Assembly (NCBI GenBank): GCA_016712535.1 | Contig: JADJQW010000002.1 | Coordinates: forward strand, 1,556,458-1,620,457 | Length of the DNA: 64,000 bases | Direction of reading: 5' to 3' | From: Flavobacteriales bacterium | Lineage (GTDB): Bacteria > Bacteroidota > Bacteroidia > Flavobacteriales_F > PHOS-HE28 | Shown: positions 54,391 through 64,000 of the stretch, in pieces | Layout of the letters: every line of letters starts with the position of its first letter | Numbering within the stretch: position 1 is the stretch's first letter | Notes under the pieces: generated by a model | Told to the model about the DNA's origin: nothing | Database searches by the model: none | The model's input: the letters and a program-made list of their open reading frames with translations, nothing else | Translations under genes and position numbers: made by a program

Positions 54391-57360
54391 ATGAAGCGCA
54401 TCCTTGCCTCCCTTCTCCTCCTGCTCCCCGCATTCCTGATCGCCCAGGAGCCGGTGCGATTCGTTCATGAGCGCATCCATGTTGCACGCACGGAAGGGAA
54501 GGCCTTCACCGCTGTGCAGCTCTTGGTACCCGAGCGCGCTGGTGCAGAGTCTGATGCGCTCTGGTCAATGGCCGTGCGCGCTGCCGATGTGCTGCGCTTC
54601 GATGCTGCCGCTGCCAGCAGGTTGATGAGTGCGCCGGCTGAACGCATCGCCCTTGAGCTGCCGACGAGGACCGGCATGGTGATCATCGACCTTGTGCAAG
54701 CAGACCTCTTCGCCGATGGCTTCACGGTCACCGAATCCGCTAAAGGCGCTCATGCCGATGTGGGGCTTGGGATCCACTACCGCGGCGTGCTGCGCGGCGA
54801 CCCGAACTCGCTGGCTGCGATCAGCATCTTCCCGGATCACGTCATGGGCATCGTCAGCGATGCGCAGGGAAGCCGTGTCCTGGGGCCCCTGGAGAATGAC
54901 ACGCAGCGGCGGCATGTGCTGTACCGCGATGCGGACCTTCTCGGCGACCCCGGCTTCTCCTGCGGCGTGAGCGATCGGATGGAAGCCTACACCAAGGAAG
55001 AGCTGATGCCGATCGGTGGGCGCAAGAGCATCAAGTGCTTGAACATCTATTGGGAGGCCGATTACGACCTCTTCCAGAACAAGGGCAGCGTGGCCAATGT
55101 CACCAGCTACCTCACCGGCCTCTTCAATCAGATGGCCATCCTCTTCGACAATGATGGCGTGGACATGCAGCTCTCGGAGATCTTCGTTTGGACCGAGGCG
55201 AGCCCGTACACCGGGACCAACAGCGCCCAGCAGCTCAGCAACTTCGGCACCTACCGGACCAGCTTCAACGGCAACCTCGCGCACCTGCTTGAGCTGAGCA
55301 ACTACGGCGGAAGGGCCTATCTCAATACCATCTGCAGCAGCACCAGTGCGCGCATGGCGTACAGCGGGATCAATTCGAGCTACAGCAATGTGCCCACCTA
55401 CAGCTGGAGCACGATGGTGGTGACCCATGAGACGGGGCACAACCTGGGCAGCAGCCATACGCATGCCTGCGTGTGGAACGGCAACAGCACCGCGATCGAT
55501 GGGTGCGGGCCGAATGCGGGCTACACCGAGGGCTCGTGCCCCAATGCGGGACTTCCCTCCGGCGGCGGCACCATCATGAGCTATTGCCATCTGATCGGCG
55601 GAACGGGCATCAATCTCTCGTTGGGCTTCGGACCGCAACCAGCGGCCCTGATCGTGAACCGGGTGAACAGCGCAAGCTGCCTCGCCGCCTGCGGCACCAG
55701 TTGCGACCCGCCGCTGCCGCTCACCGTCACCAACCTCACCGCTGTGAGCGCCACCTTGGGCTGGGCCAACTTCGGCCTGGGCAATTACACCCTCCGCTGG
55801 AAGCCGACGAGCAGCGGCACATGGACCACCGTCACCGGCCTCACGGGCACCACCTACAGCCTCACTGGCCTCACGCAGAACACCGCCTACGAGTTCCAAG
55901 TGCTGAGCGTGTGCAGCGGAAGCAGTTCGGCGTACAGCGCCAGCACGCTTTTCACCACTCCGGTCCCTTGCGTGGACAACTACGAGCCGAACAACAGCAC
56001 CGGGGCGGCGACGGTGGTCACGCTGCCCGCGTCGCGCAATGGCCTGATCAGCCCGACAGGCGACAATGACTATTTCCGTTTCACGCTGAGCGCGACGGGT
56101 ACCATCAACATGAGCCTGAGCAATTTGCCGGCTGATTTCGATCTGAACCTGCGCAACAGTGCCGGGACCATCCTTGCCTCCTCATCAGCAGGAGGCACGA
56201 GCAATGAGTCCATCTCGTACGCGAACGCCGCGCCGGGCGATTATTACGCGCAGGTCTTCGGTTGGAACGGCGCCAACAATGGGTCGGTCTGCTATCTGCT
56301 CACCGTGAGTTACCAGGCGCCTGCGTGCAGCGCGCCGCAGGGGCTCAGCTCCAACAGCATCACGTACAACAGCGCGCAGATCACCTGGACCGCCGGTCTG
56401 ACGGCGATCAGCTACGACCTGCGCTGGAAGCCCAGCGCGCTCACCACTTGGACCAACGTGAACGGCCTCACCACCACCAGCTACGCGCTCACGGGGCTCG
56501 ATCCGCTCACGAGCTACGATGTGCAGGTTCGGTCGGTCTGCGATGGCGCAGGTTCGCAAGGCGGTAGCTCGAGCTACACGCAATCGCACACCTTCACCAC
56601 GCTCGAGGCGCCGTGCGAGATCGTGCCGCGATCGGTGGTGGCCCCCAAGGTCTTCCTCGAAGGTCCGTACGAACAGGCCACGGGCCTGATGCTCGATAGC
56701 CTGCGCAAGCTGAACCTCATCCCGCTCACCGAGCCATACTCGGCCATGGGCTTCACCGTTACGGGGCCGACCACCTGCTCTGCCAGTCGGCTGCTGATCA
56801 CGGGCAACGACGCCGTCGTCGATTGGGTGCTGGTCGAGCTGCGGCAGAACAGCTCGCCTTACACTATGCTGGAAGCGCGGGTCGGATTGGTGGAGCGCGA
56901 TGGCGATGTGGTCGCTCCCGATGGCACCTCGCCCTTGGGCTTCTGTCCTGTGGCAGGAACCTATCGGGTGGCCGTCCGGCACCGGAACCACTTGGGCGCC
57001 ATGACCGGCAGCGGAATCGCCCTGAGCGGCGCGGCCACCGTGGTGGACTTCACCCAGAGCGGCACCACGACTTACGGCACCAACGCGCGCAAAGCGATCG
57101 GCAGCGTGATGGCGCTCTGGGCCGGGAACGTGTGGACGGATGCCGCCCTGCGCTACACGGGCGAGTTCAATGACCGCGACCCCATCCTCACGGCCATCGG
57201 CGGCAGCGTGCCCACGGCTACGATTGCCGGATATCACCTGAGCGATGTGAACCTCGACGGCACCGTGAAGTACACCGGTCAGGACAACGACCGCGATCCA
57301 ATCCTCACCAACATCGGCGGCAGCGTGCCCACCAGCACCTTGCTCGAGCAGTTGCCGTAG
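54391..57360 (+). CDS. secreted metzincin-type zinc metalloprotease with FN3 domains, pre-peptidase C-terminal (PPC) domain and dockerin-like C-terminal repeats
   Basis: 'MKRILASLLLLLPAFLIAQ' signal peptide. 'VVTHETGHNLGSSHTH' is HExxHxxGxxH. FN3-like repeats are 'LTVTNLT...YEFQVLSVCSG' and '...YDVQVRSVCDG'. The PPC-like domain is 'DNYEPNNSTGAA...GDNDYFRFTL...GDYYAQVFGWNG'. The C-terminus is 2 x 'YTG..NDRDPILT.IGGSVPT' plus 'DVNLDGTV'. Confidence 0.7.
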   Translation: MKRILASLLLLLPAFLIAQEPVRFVHERIHVARTEGKAFTAVQLLVPERAGAESDALWSMAVRAADVLRFDAAAASRLMSAPAERIALELPTRTGMVIIDLVQADLFADGFTVTESAKGAHADVGLGIHYRGVLRGDPNSLAAISIFPDHVMGIVSDAQGSRVLGPLENDTQRRHVLYRDADLLGDPGFSCGVSDRMEAYTKEELMPIGGRKSIKCLNIYWEADYDLFQNKGSVANVTSYLTGLFNQMAILFDNDGVDMQLSEIFVWTEASPYTGTNSAQQLSNFGTYRTSFNGNLAHLLELSNYGGRAYLNTICSSTSARMAYSGINSSYSNVPTYSWSTMVVTHETGHNLGSSHTHACVWNGNSTAIDGCGPNAGYTEGSCPNAGLPSGGGTIMSYCHLIGGTGINLSLGFGPQPAALIVNRVNSASCLAACGTSCDPPLPLTVTNLTAVSATLGWANFGLGNYTLRWKPTSSGTWTTVTGLTGTTYSLTGLTQNTAYEFQVLSVCSGSSSAYSASTLFTTPVPCVDNYEPNNSTGAATVVTLPASRNGLISPTGDNDYFRFTLSATGTINMSLSNLPADFDLNLRNSAGTILASSSAGGTSNESISYANAAPGDYYAQVFGWNGANNGSVCYLLTVSYQAPACSAPQGLSSNSITYNSAQITWTAGLTAISYDLRWKPSALTTWTNVNGLTTTSYALTGLDPLTSYDVQVRSVCDGAGSQGGSSSYTQSHTFTTLEAPCEIVPRSVVAPKVFLEGPYEQATGLMLDSLRKLNLIPLTEPYSAMGFTVTGPTTCSASRLLITGNDAVVDWVLVELRQNSSPYTMLEARVGLVERDGDVVAPDGTSPLGFCPVAGTYRVAVRHRNHLGAMTGSGIALSGAATVVDFTQSGTTTYGTNARKAIGSVMALWAGNVWTDAALRYTGEFNDRDPILTAIGGSVPTATIAGYHLSDVNLDGTVKYTGQDNDRDPILTNIGGSVPTSTLLEQLP

Positions 57361-57528
57361 GACCCTGCAGTCCTTCCGTACGGCGCTTCAGGCCGGGCCG
57401 GAAGTGTTGAAAACCCTCATCGATCGTGGAAAACCGGAGTTTTCCACAGCCGTGAGCCCCTACGGTGGCAGGATACCTTCGGCCCATCGCCGCGAACCCG
57501 CGCCAATGCTGGGATCCGGCCTGAGGGC

Positions 57529-59439
57529 ATGAGCAACGCGAGCTACGGGGAGGAGCATATTCGATCACTCGATTGGAAGGAGCATATCCGCCTGCGGCCG
57601 GGCATGTACATCGGCAAGCTGGGCGATGGCAGCAGCTACGACGACGGGATCTACATCCTGCTGAAGGAGGTGCTCGACAACTGCATCGACGAGTACGTGA
57701 TGGGCCACGGCAAGAAGGTGGACATCACCATCGAGGGCGCGCGGGTCACCGTGCGTGATTACGGGCGCGGCGTTCCGCTGGGCAAGGTGGTCGATGTGGT
57801 GAGCAAGATCAACACCGGCGCCAAGTACGACAGCAAGGCCTTCAAGAAGAGCGTGGGATTGAACGGCGTGGGCACCAAGGCGGTGAACGCGCTGAGCAGC
57901 TATTTCAGGATCGAGAGCGTGCGCGACGGCGAGCTGATGAAGGCCGAGTTCGACCGCGGCGTGCTGCGCAAGAACAACAAGCCGGTGAAGACCGACGAGC
58001 CCAACGGCACGCGCGTCGTGTTCGAGCCCGATGAGCAGATGTTCCGCAACTACCAGTTCCGCGACCCGCACATCGAACGGCTGCTCCGGAACTACTGCTA
58101 CCTGAACACCGGCCTGGCCATCTACTGCAACGGCACCAAGTACCAGAGCAAGGAAGGCCTCAAGGACCTCTTGACGGAGCGGATGGACGGCGAGCCGCTC
58201 TACCCCATCATCCACCTGCGCGGCGACGACATCGAAGTGGCCATCACGCACGCCAACCACTACGGCGAGGACTACTACAGCTTCGTGAACGGCCAGCACA
58301 CCACGCAGGGCGGCACGCACCAGGGCGCCTTCCGCGAAGCGGTGGCCAAGACCATCAAGGATTTCTTCAAGAAGGATTGGGAGGCCGGCGATGTGCGCAC
58401 GGGCATCGTGGCGGCCGTGGCCGTGAAGGTGATCGAGCCGGTGTTCGAGAGCCAGACCAAGACCAAGCTCGGCAGCCTCGAGATCGAGCCCGGTGGCCAG
58501 AGCATGCGCTCCTTCGTGGGCGACTTCATCGGCCGCGAGCTCGACAACTACCTGCACAAGCATCCCGAGGTCGCGCAAGTGCTGCTCGACCGCATCCAGC
58601 AGAACGAGCGGGAGCGCAAGGAGCTCAGCGGCATCCGGAAGCTGGCCCGTGAGCGCGCCAAGAAGGCCAGCCTGCACAACCGCAAGCTCCGCGACTGCCG
58701 CGTGCACCTCACCGACAGCAAGAAGGACGATGCGCGCAAGCTGCTCACCACCCTCTTCATCACCGAGGGCGACAGCGCCAGCGGCAGCATCACCAAGAGC
58801 CGCAACGTGGAGACCCAGGCCGTCTTCAGCCTGAAGGGCAAGCCGCTGAATTGCTACGGCCTCACCAAGAAGGTGGTGTACGAGAACGAGGAGTTCAACC
58901 TGATCCAGGCCGCGCTCGACATCGAGGACGGCATGGACGGCCTGCGCTACAACCGCATCGTGATCGCCACCGATGCCGATGTGGACGGCATGCACATCCG
59001 CCTGCTGCTGATGACCTTCTTCCTCCAGTTCTTCCCCGAGGTGGTGAAGAACGACCACCTCTACATCCTGCAGACGCCGCTCTTCCGCGTGCGCAACAAG
59101 AAGGAGACGATCTATTGCTACAGCGATGAGGAGCGCCAGCGCGCCATCCTCAAGCTCGGCAAGGGCCATGAGATCACGCGCTTCAAGGGCCTCGGCGAGA
59201 TCAGCCCCGACGAGTTCAAGCACTTCATCGGCGAGGACATCCGCCTGGAGCCGGTGATGATCACCAAGGACGCCAGCGTGCATGAGCTGCTCGAGTTCTA
59301 CATGGGCAAGAACACCCCGGCCCGTCAGGAATTCATCATCGAGAACCTCAAGGTGGAGAAGGACCTGGTGGAGGAACAGGCCATCGACCCGGTGAAGGTG
59401 ATCGCCCGCAAACTCGAGGAAGTGGAGGAGGAGGCATGA
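57529..59439 (+). CDS. parE: type IIA DNA topoisomerase B subunit (topoisomerase IV ParE-like; 636 aa)
   Basis: GHKL ATPase '[12 protein letters not shown]', '[14 protein letters not shown]', a Toprim domain '[12 protein letters not shown]' and '[12 protein letters not shown]'. It is shorter than a typical GyrB, consistent with ParE. Confidence 0.8.
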   Translation: MSNASYGEEHIRSLDWKEHIRLRPGMYIGKLGDGSSYDDGIYILLKEVLDNCIDEYVMGHGKKVDITIEGARVTVRDYGRGVPLGKVVDVVSKINTGAKYDSKAFKKSVGLNGVGTKAVNALSSYFRIESVRDGELMKAEFDRGVLRKNNKPVKTDEPNGTRVVFEPDEQMFRNYQFRDPHIERLLRNYCYLNTGLAIYCNGTKYQSKEGLKDLLTERMDGEPLYPIIHLRGDDIEVAITHANHYGEDYYSFVNGQHTTQGGTHQGAFREAVAKTIKDFFKKDWEAGDVRTGIVAAVAVKVIEPVFESQTKTKLGSLEIEPGGQSMRSFVGDFIGRELDNYLHKHPEVAQVLLDRIQQNERERKELSGIRKLARERAKKASLHNRKLRDCRVHLTDSKKDDARKLLTTLFITEGDSASGSITKSRNVETQAVFSLKGKPLNCYGLTKKVVYENEEFNLIQAALDIEDGMDGLRYNRIVIATDADVDGMHIRLLLMTFFLQFFPEVVKNDHLYILQTPLFRVRNKKETIYCYSDEERQRAILKLGKGHEITRFKGLGEISPDEFKHFIGEDIRLEPVMITKDASVHELLEFYMGKNTPARQEFIIENLKVEKDLVEEQAIDPVKVIARKLEEVEEEA

Positions 59440-60167
59440 TGCGCAGCTTGAACACCATCTCCGCGGCACTGCTCCTGTCAGGCCTGTCCGCCCCCGGTGC
59501 GCGCGCCCAGGGCACCGGCACCTTGCGCGTGCTCTGCGAGCCGAACGCCACCTGCACCTACGTGCTCGATGGCAAGCACCGCATGAGCGATCGCGAGCTC
59601 ACGCTCCTGGAAGGGCCGCACCGACTCGTGCTCTGGGCGCCGGAGCGCCGCATGGTGGACACCACCGTGCTCGTGAAGCCCGGTTCGCTGAATGAACTGC
59701 GCGTGCAATTGCGCTACAGCGAGGAGTTCATCGCCTACAACAAGAAGGCGCAGCGCTTCGGCCGCGACGATCGCTGGCTGCGGTATGGAACGCCGCTGCT
59801 CACCGTGGGCGCAGCCGCTTGGTTCGGCGTCAGCACCTGGAAGGCCGTGGATGCGCAACAGGCCATCAACGACCTGGAGACCGCCTACAGCGAGAGCGCC
59901 AACCCGGCGCGCATCGCCGACCTGAAGGGGCAGGAGATCCCCGATGCCAACCGGAAGCTCCGTCAGTCGCGCACCATGATGGCGGTGAGCGGCGGCGCCC
60001 TCGTGGCTACGGGCGCCGTCTGGTGGTACGTGAAGAAGGTGCGCTCCAAACGGTCGCCGCCGGTGTTCGAGGACAAGGAGAAGGCGCGCTTCGACGGGCT
60101 GGTCTGGATGCCCGATGCCAACGGCCACGGCACGTGGATGGCCGGCTTGACCATACCCTTGCGATGA
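59436..60167 (+). CDS. hypothetical secreted protein
   Basis: Signal peptide '[25 protein letters not shown]' and a predicted TM segment near the C-terminus. Start overlaps the parE stop. No family recognised. Confidence 0.5.
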   Translation: MMRSLNTISAALLLSGLSAPGARAQGTGTLRVLCEPNATCTYVLDGKHRMSDRELTLLEGPHRLVLWAPERRMVDTTVLVKPGSLNELRVQLRYSEEFIAYNKKAQRFGRDDRWLRYGTPLLTVGAAAWFGVSTWKAVDAQQAINDLETAYSESANPARIADLKGQEIPDANRKLRQSRTMMAVSGGALVATGAVWWYVKKVRSKRSPPVFEDKEKARFDGLVWMPDANGHGTWMAGLTIPLR

Positions 60168-60583
60168 AACGGACGGTGACTTACCTGTGCATCGCCCTGC
60201 TGGCCTGCGCCTGCGGCAAAGGCGAGCTCGACCCCGGCACATTGACGAGCAATCCATTCGATGCGGACTACGATGGCCCGCCGGTGTTCGTGTACGACAG
60301 CACCTACACGCAGACCGTGACCATCCCGGGCGGCGTCATCGTCAACCAGGTGATCGCTTTCCACGTGAAGGGCGAATTGCTGCCCGCCAATACGGGCTAC
60401 AGCGTGCAGGTAGTCGAAACCGTCACCGGTGCTGGCGCGGTCATCAACCCCGACCCGCCGAACAGCCACAGCTTCAAGTACAGCCGCGCCAACCCCGTGT
60501 TGGGCGCGCCGCTCTGCGTGAAGCTGGCCTTGTACAACAATGCCGACACCGCGCGCCCCGAAGAGGTCTGCGCAAGCCTGTGA
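60164..60583 (+). CDS. hypothetical lipoprotein
   Basis: ATG at 60164 followed by '[18 protein letters not shown]' lipobox, 139 aa. Overlaps the upstream stop as ATGA. Confidence 0.5.
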   Translation: MKRTVTYLCIALLACACGKGELDPGTLTSNPFDADYDGPPVFVYDSTYTQTVTIPGGVIVNQVIAFHVKGELLPANTGYSVQVVETVTGAGAVINPDPPNSHSFKYSRANPVLGAPLCVKLALYNNADTARPEEVCASL

Positions 60584-60590
60584 GAACGAT

Positions 60591-63320
60591 ATGAGCAACG
60601 ACATCGATAAGCCCGATAGCACTCCCGAAGGACTCGGCCACGTGCCCGCTGGCGGACAGTCCGGCGGCTTCAGCGTGAGCGGCATGTACAAGGACTGGTT
60701 CCTCGACTACGCCAGCTACGTGATCCTGGAGCGCGCCGTGCCCGCGCTCTACGATGGCCTCAAGCCCGTGCAGCGCCGCATCCTGCACGCCATGGACGAC
60801 CTGGACGATGGCCGCTACAACAAGGTGGCCAACATCATCGGCCATGCCATGCAGTACCACCCGCACGGCGACGCCAGCATCGGCGATGCGCTGGTGCAGC
60901 TCGGGCAGAAGGACCTGCTGATCGATTGCCAGGGCAACTGGGGAAACACCCTCACCGGCGACAGCGCCGCCGCGCCGCGCTACATCGAGGCGCGCCTCAG
61001 CAAGTTCGCGCGCGACGTGGTCTTCAATCCCAAGACCACCGAATGGCAGCTCAGCTACGACGGCCGCAACAAGGAGCCGGTCTTCCTGCCGGTGAAGTTC
61101 CCGCTGCTGCTGGCGCAGGGCGCCGAAGGCATCGCCGTGGGCCTCAGCTGCAAATTGCTGCCGCACAACTTCAACGAGCTCATCGACGCCAGCATCGCCG
61201 TGCTGCGCAAGCGCTCCTTCGAGCTGCTGCCCGATTTCCCCACGGGCGGCCTGGCCGACGTGAGCAACTACAACGAGGGCGGCCGCGGCGGGCGCGTGCG
61301 CTGCCGCGCGCGCATCCAGAAGCTCGATGCCAAGACGCTCGAGATCACCGAGATCCCCTTCGGCACCACCACCGCCTCGCTCATCGAGAGCATCGTGAAG
61401 GCCAACGAGAAGGGCAAGATCAAGGTGCGCCACATCGACGACAACACGGCCGAGTCCGTGTCCATCGTCATCCACCTCGCCGCCGGCGTGAGCCCCGACA
61501 CCACCATCGACGCGCTCTACGCCTTCACCGATTGCGAGGTGAGCATCGCGCCCAACGCCGTCGTCATCGAGAACGACAAGCCGCGCTTCGTGAGCGTGAA
61601 GGAGCTGCTGCGCATCAGCACGGAGAACACCCTGCGGCTGCTGGAGCTGGAGCTGAGGATCAAGAAGAGCGAGCTCGAGGAGCAATGGCACTTCGCCTCG
61701 CTCGAGCGCATCTTCATCGAGAAGAAGGTCTATCGGAAGATCGAGGAGGCCGAGACCTGGGAAGAGGTGCTCAGCTTCATCGAGAAGGGCCTGAAGCCGC
61801 ACATCCAGGACCTCAAGCGCCCGGTGACGCAAGAGGACATCCTGCGCCTCACGGAGATCCGCATCAAGCGCATCTCGAAGTTCGACAGCTTCAAGGCCGA
61901 CGAGCACATCAAGCAGCTGGCCGAGCAGATCGCCGAGGTGCAGGGCAAGCTCGACCGGATCGTGGACCACGCGGTGGACTACTTCAAGGAGCTGAAGAAG
62001 AAGTACGGCATGGGCCGCGAGCGCAGGACCGAATTGCGCCCCTTCGACACCATCGTGGCCGCCAAGGTGGCCGTGGCCAACAAGAAGCTCTACGTGGACC
62101 GCAAGGAGGGCTTCATGGGCTGGAGCCTGAAGGAGGCGGAGCTCGTGACCGAATGCTCGGAGATGGACGACATCATCGTGTTCCGGATCAACGGCAGCAT
62201 GACGGTGACCCGGATGGCCGACAAGAAATTCGTGGGCAAGGGCATCGAGCACATCGCCGTGTTCAAGAAGAACGACGAGCGCACCATCTACCACATGGTC
62301 TACCAGGACGGCGTGAAGGGCCCCTACTTCATGAAGCGCTTCGTGGTCACCGGCGTCACGCGCGACAAGGAGTACGACCTCACCGGCGGCGCGCCCGGCA
62401 GCACCCTGGAATACTTCACCTGCAACCCCGATGGCGCCAGCGAGGTGATCACCGTGGTGCTGAAGCCGAGGCCCAACCTGCGCAAGACCAAGTTCGATGT
62501 GGACTTCGCGGAGCTGGCGGTGAAGGGCCGCGGCAGCAAGGGCAACCTGCTCACCCGCTACGCGGTGCAGAAGGTGACCCAGAAGGAGCGCGGCACCAGC
62601 ACCCTCGGCGCCATCCCCGTGTGGTACGACGAGACCGTGCGCCGCCTCAACGACACCGGCCACGGGCGCTACCTCGGCCGCTTCAAGGGCGAGGACCGAA
62701 TCCTTTGCATCAGCAAGAGCGGCAAGTACCAGCTCTTCCCCTTTGTTCTCAGCACCCACTTCCCCGACGATGCCCTCACCGTGGTGAAGTGGAGCCCCAA
62801 GGACGTGGTGAGCGCCGTGTACTGGGACGGCGAGAAGGAGCAGTTCAACGTGAAGCGCTTCCAGGTGGAGCCCTCGCGCGAGGCCGTCTCCTTCATCACC
62901 GAGCACGACCAGAGCAAGCTCGTGCTGCACAGCCTCGTGCCCGAGCCCGAGCTGCACATCGCCTACGACAAGCGCAGCACCGCGCGCGCCGACGAGGACA
63001 TCGACCTGGCCGGCTTCATCGGCGTGAAAGGGGTGAAGGCCATCGGCAACCGCCTCACGCCGCACAAGGTGAAGGAGCTCACGCTGAACTCGCCGGTCTT
63101 CGTCCCCCTCACCCCGGAGCAGGAAGAGGTGCAGGGCATGCTCATCACCGACGACGAGATCGGCAACCTCGACGCACCGGAAGAGGAAGGCTTGGAGGAG
63201 AGCCCCATGAAGCAGATGAAGCGCGCCAAGCGCACCAGCGCCGAAGAGATCAGCCCCGAGGATCCGCTCATCGGCGGCTACAAGCCCGGCAAGCAGATCG
63301 AGCTGGGGCTGGATGAGTAG
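60591..63320 (+). CDS. parC: type IIA DNA topoisomerase A subunit (topoisomerase IV ParC / GyrA-like)
   Basis: 'YASYVILERAVPALYDGLKPVQRRILHAMD', 'HPHGDASIGDALVQL' and the active-site Tyr region 'AAPRYIEARL'. C-terminal beta-pinwheel and acidic tail. Confidence 0.8.
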   Translation: MSNDIDKPDSTPEGLGHVPAGGQSGGFSVSGMYKDWFLDYASYVILERAVPALYDGLKPVQRRILHAMDDLDDGRYNKVANIIGHAMQYHPHGDASIGDALVQLGQKDLLIDCQGNWGNTLTGDSAAAPRYIEARLSKFARDVVFNPKTTEWQLSYDGRNKEPVFLPVKFPLLLAQGAEGIAVGLSCKLLPHNFNELIDASIAVLRKRSFELLPDFPTGGLADVSNYNEGGRGGRVRCRARIQKLDAKTLEITEIPFGTTTASLIESIVKANEKGKIKVRHIDDNTAESVSIVIHLAAGVSPDTTIDALYAFTDCEVSIAPNAVVIENDKPRFVSVKELLRISTENTLRLLELELRIKKSELEEQWHFASLERIFIEKKVYRKIEEAETWEEVLSFIEKGLKPHIQDLKRPVTQEDILRLTEIRIKRISKFDSFKADEHIKQLAEQIAEVQGKLDRIVDHAVDYFKELKKKYGMGRERRTELRPFDTIVAAKVAVANKKLYVDRKEGFMGWSLKEAELVTECSEMDDIIVFRINGSMTVTRMADKKFVGKGIEHIAVFKKNDERTIYHMVYQDGVKGPYFMKRFVVTGVTRDKEYDLTGGAPGSTLEYFTCNPDGASEVITVVLKPRPNLRKTKFDVDFAELAVKGRGSKGNLLTRYAVQKVTQKERGTSTLGAIPVWYDETVRRLNDTGHGRYLGRFKGEDRILCISKSGKYQLFPFVLSTHFPDDALTVVKWSPKDVVSAVYWDGEKEQFNVKRFQVEPSREAVSFITEHDQSKLVLHSLVPEPELHIAYDKRSTARADEDIDLAGFIGVKGVKAIGNRLTPHKVKELTLNSPVFVPLTPEQEEVQGMLITDDEIGNLDAPEEEGLEESPMKQMKRAKRTSAEEISPEDPLIGGYKPGKQIELGLDE

Positions 63321-63457
63321 GGGGTAGCTATTCGATCGCGGGTGCAAGTGAACCTCGCCAGGATCACCCGGAGAGGACCCGGCGCGCGAAGCCGATCACG
63401 CAGGGGCCCGGCCCTTCGGGTCTGAGGCGGAGGGCCTGCGGAGGCGTCGGAAACCGG

Positions 63458-63808
63458 CTAATAGATCCGCTGCCGGATACCGTCCTCCTCAATCACGGTG
63501 AAGCGACTTTCGAGCAATGTTCCTGCGGACAGTGTGTCTTCGATCAGCCTGGCAGCCGCTTCGGGGTCTCTGCCGCGATAGCGAAGGAAGATCACTGAAG
63601 GAGGCGATTCGATTCCCTTTTTGAAGATCAGCTCGCCATAATCCTTGTCGAACGTGAGGATGATGCGGTGCTCCGCCTGGGCCATGGTGATGACCTGATG
63701 GTCCGTGATGCCCGGCGCCTCCAAACGGATGCTCATCACATCATGACCTGCTTCACGCAGGATGTGAATACTCGGGTCCGGGAAATTCTCGTTGGCCAGG
63801 AAGCGCAT
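63458..63808 (-). CDS. DUF5615-family PIN-like protein (putative toxin of DUF433/DUF5615 pair)
   Basis: 'MRFLANENFP...HDV...DHQVITMAQAEHRIILTFDKDYGEL', small PIN-like fold, 116 aa. Its start overlaps the upstream gene's stop by one base (ATGA). Confidence 0.65.
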   Translation of the reverse strand: MRFLANENFPDPSIHILREAGHDVMSIRLEAPGITDHQVITMAQAEHRIILTFDKDYGELIFKKGIESPPSVIFLRYRGRDPEAAARLIEDTLSAGTLLESRFTVIEEDGIRQRIY

Positions 63809-64000
63809 CAGGCAGTGCGGCGCAAGGGCAGGTACATGGCTTGATGCATGCCGTCGCGGAGGTAGGCGAAGACCGCCTTCAGGTCATCGTTCGTGATGTT
63901 CGGGTAGCTCTCGAGCACTTGGGCTTCCGTCCAGCCCTCGGCCATCAATTCGAGGATCAGCTCCACCGAGATGCGTGTGCCCTTGATCACCGGCTTGCCC
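63808..64000 (-). CDS. DUF433-family protein (putative antitoxin), N-terminus beyond window end
   Basis: '(GKPV)IKGTRISVELILELMAEGWTEAQVLESYPNITNDDLKAVFAY' DUF433 core. The ORF stays open to the window edge on the minus strand. Confidence 0.6.
   Translation of the reverse strand, partial: GKPVIKGTRISVELILELMAEGWTEAQVLESYPNITNDDLKAVFAYLRDGMHQAMYLPLRRTA

Overview
This is a high-GC (~65%) chromosomal segment, most likely from a Bacteroidota genome that uses the type IX secretion system (T9SS). At least 10 proteins end in T9SS C-terminal sorting domains, SprB- and PKD-type repeats are present, tRNAs and housekeeping genes look Bacteroidetes-like, and there is no Shine-Dalgarno-rich upstream context. 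Housekeeping genes (hisS fragment, hutH, ndk, mutL, two rhomboids, msrA, a DEAD-box helicase, parE, parC, tRNA-Pro, tRNA-Gly) are interspersed with an unusually dense set of secreted or cell-surface proteins. These include a 2025-aa PKD-repeat adhesin with a gliding-type C-terminal domain, a 1484-aa lectin/P-domain/Ig-repeat protein, a tail-fibre-like protein that carries a peptidase-S74 intramolecular-chaperone domain fused to a T9SS sorting domain, a paralogous Gly-rich fibre protein, an M1 aminopeptidase, an arylsulfatase and a metzincin protease. A class D (OXA-like) beta-lactamase lipoprotein, a PhoD-like phosphatase, a MarR regulator, an OmpR-type response regulator and a DUF433/DUF5615 toxin-antitoxin-like pair at the window edge are also present. 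Non-coding signals worth following are an octanucleotide microsatellite (GACTGGCC)x7 in the divergent promoter region of the fibre locus, a 5 x 21-bp tandem array upstream of the PhoD-like gene, a ~160-bp nested inverted-repeat element after an HD-domain gene, and a frameshift in a C5 homopolymer that splits an FKBP isomerase gene. Many long ORFs in the supplied track are antisense or GC-driven artefacts and are not reported. Coordinates derived from internal Met choices are approximate to within a few codons.
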